From positions 1 to 63,273 of IMG/VR virus record IMGVR_UViG_3300048583_000095: a stretch of 63,273 nucleotides of DNA, one strand, 5' to 3'. The DNA is from a virus. This document shows, piece after piece, positions 16,956 through 23,629 of the stretch. How positions within the stretch are numbered: the stretch's first letter is position 1; the number at the start of each line of letters is the position of its first letter. Below the pieces are notes generated by a model. That model made no database searches and was not told the DNA's origin. It was given only the letters and a program-made list of their open reading frames with translations. Made by a program: the position numbers and the translations under genes.

Positions 16956-17028
16956 GCTCGTGTAGTCCAACGGCAGAGACACCGGATTCAAATCCCGGCA
17001 AGTCCCGGTTCGAATCCGGGCACGAGTA
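16956..17028 (+). tRNA. tRNA with Leu anticodon CAA but a short (class I) variable arm
   Basis: Acceptor GCTCGTG/CACGAGT, stem CCGGA/CCCGG (one A-C mismatch), loop TTCAAAT, variable CAAGT, T-arm CCCGG-TTCGAAT-CCGGG, A73. Confidence 0.6.
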
Positions 17029-17032
17029 CAGC

Positions 17033-17105
17033 GCCCCGGTAGCTCAGCGGATAGAGCGACGGTCTACGAAGCCGGTAGTCGATGGTTCGATTCCATCTCG
17101 GGGCA
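17033..17105 (+). tRNA. tRNA-Arg(ACG)
   Basis: Acceptor GCCCCGG/TCGGGGC, loop CTACGAA, T-arm GATGG-TTCGATT-CCATC, A73. Confidence 0.8.
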
Positions 17106-17123
17106 CGCAAGACAACTAGATAT

Positions 17124-17194
17124 GCCGGTGGGGTGTGTGGGTTGCACGACTGTCTTCCAAACAGTTAGACCGTGTTCGAGTCACGGTACCGGTT
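17124..17194 (+). tRNA. tRNA-Gly(TCC)
   Basis: Acceptor GCCGGTG/TACCGGT, stem ACTGT/ACAGT, loop CTTCCAA, T-arm CCGTG-TTCGAGT-CACGG, U73. Confidence 0.8.
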
Positions 17195-17267
17195 CGAGAG
17201 AAGGCGTCGCACAGACAGCAGGTGCGCGCACTGTGAAGGCTCGAAACCTTCGGCGTCTTCTCGCACT

Positions 17268-17340
17268 GCCTTCGTAGCTCAGTGGACAGAGCAGCCGTTT
17301 CGTAATCGGCCGGTCCGGGGTTCGAATCCTCGCGGAGGCT
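17268..17340 (+). tRNA. tRNA-Thr(CGT)
   Basis: Acceptor GCCTTCG/CGGAGGC, loop TTCGTAA, T-arm CGGGG-TTCGAAT-CCTCG. Confidence 0.8.
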
Positions 17341-17406
17341 CAAGGCTCGACAACGGCAGTTGGCGAGTTCGGCAAGACGTCAAATCTCGACCCCGAGATT
17401 TGAGAT

Positions 17407-17480
17407 GTCTCGTTAGCTCAGTTGGCAGAGCACCGGAGTGAAGTCCCGGGCGGCGTGGTTCGATCCCACGGCAAGAGACG
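17407..17480 (+). tRNA. tRNA-Phe(GAA), atypical T-stem/acceptor junction
   Basis: D-arm GCTC-AGTTGGCA-GAGC, stem CCGGA/CCCGG, loop GTGAAGT, T-loop TTCGATC. Acceptor GTCTCGT/AAGAGAC only fits with 2 extra nt or a 7-bp T-stem. Confidence 0.55.
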
Positions 17481-17506
17481 GTTAAGTGTGCTGCTATACT
17501 CGACGC

Positions 17507-17905
17507 ATGACGAAACGTGAAAATTACAATGAGTACATGCGCGAGTACATGCTTAAGCGATACCACCGACGCCGGTCGGACTCGATCGAGAATCTAGGCG
17601 GGAAGTGTGTCGTCTGCGGCACCACGGACAATCTAGAGATCGACCACATCGACCGGAGCACGAAGACGATGGATATCAGCGGCCTATGGTCGTGCAATAT
17701 CCAGCGGTACGAGACGGAACTCAAGCTCTGTCAACTGCTGTGCGAAGCGCACCACCAGGAGAAGACGAGCCGGGAAAGCTCTGTACCTCACGGAGGCGGC
17801 GCGTCCGGTAAGCGCAACTGTAAATGCGAACCGTGCAGACTTCGCAAAAACGAATATATGCGCAATTGGAAACAAAAGAATAAGCAAGCCTCGTTAGCTC
17901 AGTAG
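17507..17905 (+). CDS. HNH endonuclease
   Basis: CVVCGTTDNLEIDHIDRSTK ... LLCEAHHQEKT HNH/zinc motif. ORF 17486.. trimmed to ATG 17507. The last 18 nt overlap tRNA-Lys(CTT). Confidence 0.85.
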   Translation: MTKRENYNEYMREYMLKRYHRRRSDSIENLGGKCVVCGTTDNLEIDHIDRSTKTMDISGLWSCNIQRYETELKLCQLLCEAHHQEKTSRESSVPHGGGASGKRNCKCEPCRLRKNEYMRNWKQKNKQASLAQ

Positions 17906-17961
17906 GTCAGAGCTTCCGGCTCTTAACCGGTAGGTCCCTGGTTCGAATCCAGGACGGGGCA
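17888..17961 (+). tRNA. tRNA-Lys(CTT)
   Basis: Acceptor GCCTCGT/ACGGGGC, loop CTCTTAA, T-arm CCTGG-TTCGAAT-CCAGG, A73. Confidence 0.85.
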
Positions 17962-17962
17962 C

Positions 17963-18035
17963 GCCTCGCAAGCACATGTGGACGTGCTCTCGACTTTTAA
18001 TCGAGAGGTACCCGGTTCGAGGCCGGGGCGGGGCA
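17963..18035 (+). tRNA. tRNA-Lys(TTT)
   Basis: Acceptor GCCTCGC/GCGGGGC, D GCAC/GTGC, stem CTCGA/TCGAG, loop CTTTTAA, T-arm CCCGG-TTCGAGG-CCGGG. Confidence 0.85.
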
Positions 18036-18043
18036 CGTTTTAC

Positions 18044-18118
18044 ACCCCGCTAGCTCAGCGGATAGAGCCGGAGTTTCCTAAACTCTGTGGGTCTCGGGTT
18101 CGAATCCCGGGCGGGGTA
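18044..18118 (+). tRNA. tRNA-Arg(CCT)
   Basis: Acceptor ACCCCGC/GCGGGGT, stem GGAGT/ACTCT, loop TTCCTAA, T-loop TTCGAAT. Confidence 0.8.
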
Positions 18119-18119
18119 C

Positions 18120-18194
18120 GGCGAGTTAGCTCAACATGGTTAGAGCGCGATCCTGATACGATCGTGGTTCCGAGTTCAAATCTCGGGCTCGCTA
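18120..18194 (+). tRNA. tRNA-Ile(GAT)
   Basis: Acceptor GGCGAGT/GCTCGCT, stem CGATC/GATCG, loop CTGATAC, T-arm CCGAG-TTCAAAT-CTCGG. Confidence 0.8.
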
Positions 18195-18195
18195 C

Positions 18196-18268
18196 GCACC
18201 GGTAGCTTAGTGGCAAAAGCAGCGGCTTTACATACCGCTGATCGAAGGTTCGAGTCCTTCTCGGTGCA
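18196..18268 (+). tRNA. tRNA-Val(TAC)
   Basis: Acceptor GCACCGG/TCGGTGC, loop TTTACAT, T-arm GAAGG-TTCGAGT-CCTTC, A73. Confidence 0.8.
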
Positions 18269-18357
18269 CGGATACGCACGCTGTGCATGGCGTGTATAGA
18301 CGGGGTTAAGTACCGTCTCGCGGGGATGTCGCTCCCGTGTCCTCCCATGCGGCGCAA

Positions 18358-18430
18358 GGGCTGTTAGCTCCAACGGTAGAGCGTCTGTTTTGCAAACAGA
18401 GGGTTGTCGGTTCGAATCCGTCACGGTCCA
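18358..18430 (+). tRNA. tRNA-Ala(TGC)
   Basis: Acceptor GGGCTGT/ACGGTCC with a G3-U70 pair, stem TCTGT/ACAGA, loop TTTGCAA, A73. Confidence 0.85.
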
Positions 18431-18485
18431 CGGAGGGTGCGAGCGCGTGTTAACGACTTCGGCGCGCGCTCGCGCTCTACCCCAC

Positions 18486-18556
18486 GGCGTGATGTCCGAG
18501 TGGCTAGGTCGCAGACTGCAAATCTGCTCACGTGGGTTCGAATCCCGCTCGCGCCT
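18486..18556 (+). tRNA. tRNA-Cys(GCA)
   Basis: Acceptor GGCGTGA/TCGCGCC, stem GCAGA/TCTGC, loop CTGCAAA, T-arm GTGGG-TTCGAAT-CCCGC, U73. Confidence 0.8.
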
Positions 18557-18584
18557 CTCATGAAGTACGACGAAAGGACGAAAG

Positions 18585-18929
18585 ATGGACATTGCGATTC
18601 TCATCGTGCACACGTTGCTGTGGCTGCTGCTCGGCGCGTTCAGCTTCACGCTGATCGGGAAGCAGACGAAGGGCGACCGACGCACCGGGGTCGCCATCCT
18701 GGCATGGCTGAACGGTATCTTCACGATTGCCTTCGTGTTCTGGTGGGACACGCCCGACACGGCGTCGATGATCGCGAAGTACTCGATCATCGCCTTCATG
18801 TGGATCACATGGCTGCTCAGTCTCCCGAACATCAATAAGCCGTACCCGGTTCCCCGGCTGTGGACGACCACGATCGGCGCGGCCTTGATCGCGGCGCGCA
18901 TCGGCGTCGTGATCGTCTTCTGGCACTGA
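18585..18929 (+). CDS. multi-pass membrane protein
   Basis: ATG after CGACGAAAGGACGAAAG motif; 3-4 hydrophobic helices. Confidence 0.8.
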   Translation: MDIAILIVHTLLWLLLGAFSFTLIGKQTKGDRRTGVAILAWLNGIFTIAFVFWWDTPDTASMIAKYSIIAFMWITWLLSLPNINKPYPVPRLWTTTIGAALIAARIGVVIVFWH

Positions 18930-18940
18930 TAACTCAAGAT

Positions 18941-18998
18941 GAGCGCGCATGAGCGCGCACCTCGTGATGAGCGCGCATCCCCCCGGATGCGCGCTCAT
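18941..18998. repeat. three direct copies plus one inverted copy of ATGAGCGCGCA; the last pair forms a terminator
   Basis: gATGAGCGCGCATGAGCGCGCAcctcgtgATGAGCGCGCAtccccccggATGCGCGCTCATtttcg. Confidence 0.9.
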
Positions 18999-19002
18999 TT
19001 TC
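18967..19002 (+). terminator. rho-independent terminator
   Basis: 12-bp stem ATGAGCGCGCAT / ATGCGCGCTCAT followed by TTTCG. Confidence 0.8.
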
Positions 19003-19003
19003 G

Positions 19004-19020
19004 TACTCTGATACAATTCG
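19004..19020 (+). promoter_or_regulatory. class-1 phage promoter-like box TACTCTGATACAATTCG
   Basis: One of four near-identical ACTCTGAYAnnATTC boxes (also at 46415, 53852, 56533), each 23-35 nt upstream of a start codon; -10-like TACAAT. Confidence 0.6.
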
Positions 19021-19047
19021 CTGACGACGAGATGAGAGGACGAAACG

Positions 19048-20268
19048 ATGAACGATTTCACTGCTACCCCGAACGGCGCGCTCGTGAGCGCGCTCGCGCT
19101 CGCAGCGCTCATGATGATCGTGATCGCGCTCGTGACCTCGCGCGGTGCGCGAGCGCGCGCAGTCGAGAAGGCGCGCGCATGGGCGGCGCTCAAGGCTCCC
19201 GAGTGGGAAGCGCGCGCTGAGCGCAAGCGCGAAGAGCGCGTATCCGGCGCGCGTAACCGAGCGCGTATCCGGGGCGCGCTCTTGCTCGCCGTCGCGCTCG
19301 TCGCGCTCGGCGCGACGAACCTGAGCGCGCACGGGACGCTCGACATGATCGCGCGCGCCGGTCTCGACTCGCTTGACGCGCAGATCGCCGTAATCGTCGT
19401 CTTCGAAATGTTCCTTGCGATTCTAGGGGCGCTCTCGTACTGGCACATGCACCACGGCACCGGGTTTAACAAGTACGAAGCTGGTGTGTGGGCGATGGCG
19501 TCGCTCATGGGCGTGCTGTCGTGGTGGGGCGCGGGAAGCATGATCTTCGCGCTGTGGCCGCTTCTCGCGGCCGTTGCGTGGCACATGGTCATCACCTTCG
19601 GACGCGAGCACAAGACGTCTCCCCTGATCACCTGGTGGCGTCTGAAGCGAGGCAAGGCGACCTCGCGCGACGCGAGCACGGTCATCACTGAGCGCCTGAT
19701 CACCCGGATCGTGAACAACGGCTACGCCGCCAACGAAGGCGCGAAGCTGCTGCGCTCGGCGCGCTCGCGCGCGTTCGACCGCGCGTGGGCGGAAGCCGAC
19801 GCGCTCGGCATCCTCACGCCCGAGGTGCGCGCGCGCATCCAGACGCGCACGGCCGCGCGCTACGCAGGCGCGAGCGCTCTCGCGCGCGACGCCGTCATGC
19901 ACATGAGCCCTTGGAATGAGCGCGCGCAGAGCGCGCGCACCGTGCGCGCAGTGCGCCCCGTGAGCGCGCCCCCCGCACTCGCCGTCGAGACGAGCGCGCA
20001 CGAGGACACCGACGAGCGCGCACCCGAGATCGTCGAGAGCGCGCCCGCGCGCGTCGTCCTTCCCGGCGCGCACACCACGGCCGATCTGATCGACGCCGTC
20101 AAGGCGAACTTCGCCGGACCGGTCGAACTCGTCGAGTGGATCGAGACGTTCATTCGCACGAACGGCGCGCTGCCCACCCGGAACGACCTCGCGGTTCCCG
20201 CGCAGAAGTCCCCCGGGCACGTGGCCCGATGGATGATGCCGGTCCGCAAGGAACTCGGCCTCAGCTAG
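19048..20268 (+). CDS. membrane protein with a C-terminal soluble domain (DUF2637-like, tentative)
   Basis: N-terminal half has about 4 TM helices (LLLAVALVALGA.., IAVIVVFEMFLAILGAL.., VWAMASLMGVLSWWGA.., ALWPLLAAVAWHMVITF). Ala/Arg-rich linker. Immediately upstream of the FtsK-like gene. Confidence 0.7.
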   Translation: MNDFTATPNGALVSALALAALMMIVIALVTSRGARARAVEKARAWAALKAPEWEARAERKREERVSGARNRARIRGALLLAVALVALGATNLSAHGTLDMIARAGLDSLDAQIAVIVVFEMFLAILGALSYWHMHHGTGFNKYEAGVWAMASLMGVLSWWGAGSMIFALWPLLAAVAWHMVITFGREHKTSPLITWWRLKRGKATSRDASTVITERLITRIVNNGYAANEGAKLLRSARSRAFDRAWAEADALGILTPEVRARIQTRTAARYAGASALARDAVMHMSPWNERAQSARTVRAVRPVSAPPALAVETSAHEDTDERAPEIVESAPARVVLPGAHTTADLIDAVKANFAGPVELVEWIETFIRTNGALPTRNDLAVPAQKSPGHVARWMMPVRKELGLS

Positions 20269-20470
20269 CGGCACAGTGAGCGGCACACCGGCACAGCTGG
20301 TGTGCCGCTCCGGCACGGTTCCCACCGGCACCGGCACACCCCCTTTGGGTGTCTGATCAGGGAAAACACCGATCCGACACGCTCGGCACGGTGTGCCGGA
20401 CTAGCGCGCGACAAAAACGAATGTGCAGGTCGGGCACCCCTAGGGGGTGCCCGCCTGGTGTGCCGTGCCG
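20269..20470. repeat. array of 11 CGGCAC hexamers (7 forward, 4 inverted) in an intergenic region
   Basis: Forward at 20269, 20281, 20289, 20311, 20326, 20332, 20384. Inverted GTGCCG at 20302, 20393, 20460, 20465. Includes palindromes CGGCACAGCTGGTGTGCCG and CGGCACGGTGTGCCG. Confidence 0.9.
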
Positions 20471-20476
20471 GAGGGG

Positions 20477-20484
20477 TGTATAAT
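20477..20484 (+). promoter_or_regulatory. consensus -10 element TGTATAAT downstream of the CGGCAC array
   Basis: TATAAT at 20479-20484 preceded by TG, 40 nt upstream of ATG 20525. Confidence 0.55.
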
Positions 20485-20524
20485 GAAATACCTGATCAAT
20501 CCACAGACGAAAGGACGACAGACT

Positions 20525-20995
20525 ATGGATATCGCGATTGAAAGCACGCTCGGGAACGGTGCCGCTGGCTTCGTTTCGCTCGTGCTCTTCGTCGGCGCGT
20601 GGATTCTGAACAACGTGCTCGATCAAAAGAAGTGGTCGGCGTTCCTCGTGCTCCCGATCGCGCTCACGGCCTCGTTCGTGCTGTACGCGTCGACCTGGTC
20701 GGCGACGTGGTGCCGCTGGATCGGCAACATCTTGGGCGGCGTCGGCGGGATGTTCGGCGTTGACGACATGCCGCTGAGCTTCATCTTCAGTCTCGCCTGC
20801 GTCGTCGCCGTCGTCGTCGTCGCGGCCGACCTCAGCATCGACCCACGCGACAACCCGGCCGCCGTGTGGTCGCTCTTCATCGCGCCGGTCACGGCGCACG
20901 GAGCGGGCGGCGTCGTCGGCAGCGCGGCCGACGCCTTCTTTAGCGGGATGGCTCTCGGGCTCATCGACGCCGTGAAGCAGTTGACGGGCGCGTGA
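20525..20995 (+). CDS. multi-pass membrane protein
   Basis: ORF 20447.. trimmed to the ATG after AGACGAAAGGACGACAGACT; 4-5 hydrophobic helices. Confidence 0.75.
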   Translation: MDIAIESTLGNGAAGFVSLVLFVGAWILNNVLDQKKWSAFLVLPIALTASFVLYASTWSATWCRWIGNILGGVGGMFGVDDMPLSFIFSLACVVAVVVVAADLSIDPRDNPAAVWSLFIAPVTAHGAGGVVGSAADAFFSGMALGLIDAVKQLTGA

Positions 20996-20996
20996 C

Positions 20997-22814
20997 ATGA
21001 CCGACGAACTTCAGAACGACGAGCGCGCACCTGCGCGCAACGCGGCGCGCGCTTCGTGGGAACTCTTCTCGCGGGGCGCGCGCCGCCACGCTGACAGCGC
21101 GCGCGCATGGGTGCGCGCCGAAGGACTCGAAGCAGTCATCAAAGAGCGCGACGCGCGCGCGATCACGGCGCACATCGAACGGGAGGCGCGCGCGCGCAAG
21201 TCGAAGCGCGCGCGCACTCGCTACACGCCGCCCCCGCGCGCGCTCGCGCCTATCGAGATCAAGGCGCGCGCGTTCGGGAAGCGCGCAGTGCGCTCGGGGG
21301 TCGCGCTCGCGATCCCGTGCGCGCTCATCGGCTACCCGGTGCACGCGCTCTTTCAGGGCGATCCCGGATTCCTGCTCGTGTGGCCTGCCACGTACGCCTA
21401 TCTCGTTTGGGACGGGTGGGCGCACCGCGCCGACGAAGTCGACGGCGCTCCCGTCGCCGACGAGGTCGCCGAGTCCGGCGAGTCGAAGCCGTCGCTCTTC
21501 GCGAAGATGCGTGGCACGTCCGGCCTGAAGCCGACGCCGGAGGAATCGGAGATCATTCACCGGATCACGGCATGGGACGAACGCGCCGCCGAGCGCAAGC
21601 TTCACGAGGTGATCCCCGGCCCCCCGGTGATCGACGAGTCGGGCTTGCTCATCCCGATCGGCTTCGCCGGGGTGTGGACTCCGGCGAAGCTCGACGAGCA
21701 AGTCGACCAGGTGCGCGCGCTGCTCGCCGTTCCCGACAAGGTGCGTACGCAAGTCAAGCCGGGAGGCACGGCCGATCGCGCGGTGCTGCGCGTCCGCACC
21801 CGGACGCGCGCGCTCGATCTGACGTGGTCGCCCGAGCGCGAAGGAATCGGGCTCGACGCCGACACGGCCGAAGTCGTCCGGGTGAACACCGATGAGCGCC
21901 TGCTCGTCGCGGGTACGTCCGGCTCGGGTAAGTCGGTCGCGCTGCGTGTGCTCATGGCGGATGCGCTCGCGAAGCCGCACACGGCGCTCGTGATCCTTGA
22001 CCTGAAGCGTGCCGAAGGCGCGCTCTGGCGTCACACGGCGCGCGTCGAGTCGGAGCCCGAAGGCGTGCAAGGCGTCATTGACGAGCTGATCGCCGAGATG
22101 AAAGAGCGCGAAACCATCATGGAATCGCGCGGCATCGACCTATGGGAGCCCACCGACGAGCGGCCGAACATCGTCGTGTCGGTCGACGAGGGTGCGGAAC
22201 TCATGGCGGAAGTTCCCGATTCAGTCGGCGGACTCCGGTCGCTTGCTCGACGTGCCCGCGCTGCGGGTATCCGCCTATGGTGGGCGACGCAGAAACCCAC
22301 CATGACGGGGAACGGTCCGGGGCTCGATTCGCAGATTGCCGGACAGCTCACGACGCAAGTGTGCCTCGCGGTCGCGGGCTCGAAGGAAGCGCGCGTTGTG
22401 CTCGGCGAAGACGCCACCGGCAAGGGATGGCACGCGGAAGACTTGGAAAAAGGCGGGTGGGCGCTTGTACGCGTGCAGGGTGAGGATCGCGCCCCCGATC
22501 CCGTCCGAGTATGGTTTATGGAAAAGGAACACGTGAAGGCGCTTCCGGCGCGCGAGGCGTGGCGACGGGAGTCGGCCGCGCCGAGTGCGTACAAGGCTCA
22601 CAACGTGCTCGACGCCGCGTTGCACCTCTCCGAAGGACTGCACGGCGTCGCCACGGCGCGGCTCGCGGCGTACCTCGGGATCACGGATGTCGAAGTGCAC
22701 ACGCGGATGCGCGCGTACGGCTGCACGCCGGAGCCGAACGCCTTCGCGATGGGCAACGGCGAAAAGGCTCGGGGATACCGCCGATCGGTTCTCGAAGCTG
22801 CGAAGAACGGATGA
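20997..22814 (+). CDS. FtsK/SpoIIIE (TraB-like) DNA translocase
   Basis: Walker A LLVAGTSGSGKSVAL, Walker B VVSVDEGAELM, N-terminal hydrophobic segment, Ala/Arg-rich N-terminus. Confidence 0.85.
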   Translation: MTDELQNDERAPARNAARASWELFSRGARRHADSARAWVRAEGLEAVIKERDARAITAHIEREARARKSKRARTRYTPPPRALAPIEIKARAFGKRAVRSGVALAIPCALIGYPVHALFQGDPGFLLVWPATYAYLVWDGWAHRADEVDGAPVADEVAESGESKPSLFAKMRGTSGLKPTPEESEIIHRITAWDERAAERKLHEVIPGPPVIDESGLLIPIGFAGVWTPAKLDEQVDQVRALLAVPDKVRTQVKPGGTADRAVLRVRTRTRALDLTWSPEREGIGLDADTAEVVRVNTDERLLVAGTSGSGKSVALRVLMADALAKPHTALVILDLKRAEGALWRHTARVESEPEGVQGVIDELIAEMKERETIMESRGIDLWEPTDERPNIVVSVDEGAELMAEVPDSVGGLRSLARRARAAGIRLWWATQKPTMTGNGPGLDSQIAGQLTTQVCLAVAGSKEARVVLGEDATGKGWHAEDLEKGGWALVRVQGEDRAPDPVRVWFMEKEHVKALPAREAWRRESAAPSAYKAHNVLDAALHLSEGLHGVATARLAAYLGITDVEVHTRMRAYGCTPEPNAFAMGNGEKARGYRRSVLEAAKNG

Positions 22815-22825
22815 AAGGAATCGAT

Positions 22826-23065
22826 ATGCCGCTGAAATGGATTAAGGACGACGAGAGCCTACACACGTACCGTGCGGAGACGGTTCGATACCGCTTCATC
22901 ATGGTCGCGCCCCTGCGTGCACGGGCGACGCTGTGGGTACAGCACGTCGCCGACGACTGGGGAGAGAACCCGATCGACCAGCGGTTGTGCCGGGGTCGGC
23001 GTACCGCCGAGCGCATCGCGCAGCGGTTCGCCGACAAGCCGTTTACGCCGCGTCGCCTGCGCTGA
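22826..23065 (+). CDS. hypothetical protein
   Basis: ATG after GGATGAAAGGAATCGAT motif. Confidence 0.65.
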   Translation: MPLKWIKDDESLHTYRAETVRYRFIMVAPLRARATLWVQHVADDWGENPIDQRLCRGRRTAERIAQRFADKPFTPRRLR

Positions 23066-23153
23066 GAAAAACTTCAAAAAATTTTGCTGTCTCGCTTGCA
23101 GCACCCGGAAGCGTCGGTATATGCTTCATAGACCGACGACGAAAGGACGAACG

Positions 23154-23621
23154 ATGAACACTCTCGCTATCACTTCCCCCGCCTCCCCGGCTCAGCTCGG
23201 CTACCTCCGTAGCCTGCTGATCGAGCGGATCGAAGACAAGGCGGCGTCGGATGCTGCTGTGCAGTGGCTCGACGGTCACCGGCTGTCGAAGGCGACGGCG
23301 TCGGCGAAGATCAAGGAATACGAGAACAAGCCGAAGTTCCGCGAAGTGCTCGACGAGGGGATGTACAAGGTCGGCGAAGACATCTTCAAGGTGTACTTCA
23401 CACAGGAAGGCCACATCGCGACGAAGCAGCTTACCCCGGACGGCTTCGAGTACACCGGCCGTAAGCCGCTCGCCGTGATCAAGCCCGAGCACCGCATGAC
23501 GCTCGACGAGGCGAAGGAATACGGCAAGGTCACCGGCACGTGCTGCTCGTGCGGTCGCCTGCTGACGAACGAAGAGAGCATTGCGGCCGGGATCGGCCCG
23601 ATCTGCGCGACGAAGTTCTAG
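23154..23621 (+). CDS. hypothetical protein with C-terminal CCxCG...GIGPxC motif (DUF6011-like)
   Basis: ATG after CGACGAAAGGACGAACG; C-terminus TGTCCSCGRLLTNEESIAAGIGPICATKF. Confidence 0.75.
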   Translation: MNTLAITSPASPAQLGYLRSLLIERIEDKAASDAAVQWLDGHRLSKATASAKIKEYENKPKFREVLDEGMYKVGEDIFKVYFTQEGHIATKQLTPDGFEYTGRKPLAVIKPEHRMTLDEAKEYGKVTGTCCSCGRLLTNEESIAAGIGPICATKF

Positions 23622-23629
23622 GGGAAAAT

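Noticed and set aside
14496-18937. Protein ORFs from the track that run across the tRNA array (for example 14496..14765-, 14815..15300+, 16119..16337+, 17116..17343-, 18176..18937-)
   Set aside because: They are composed of tRNA sequence read as codons. Only the lipoprotein, the HNH gene and the membrane protein at 18585 have coding support.
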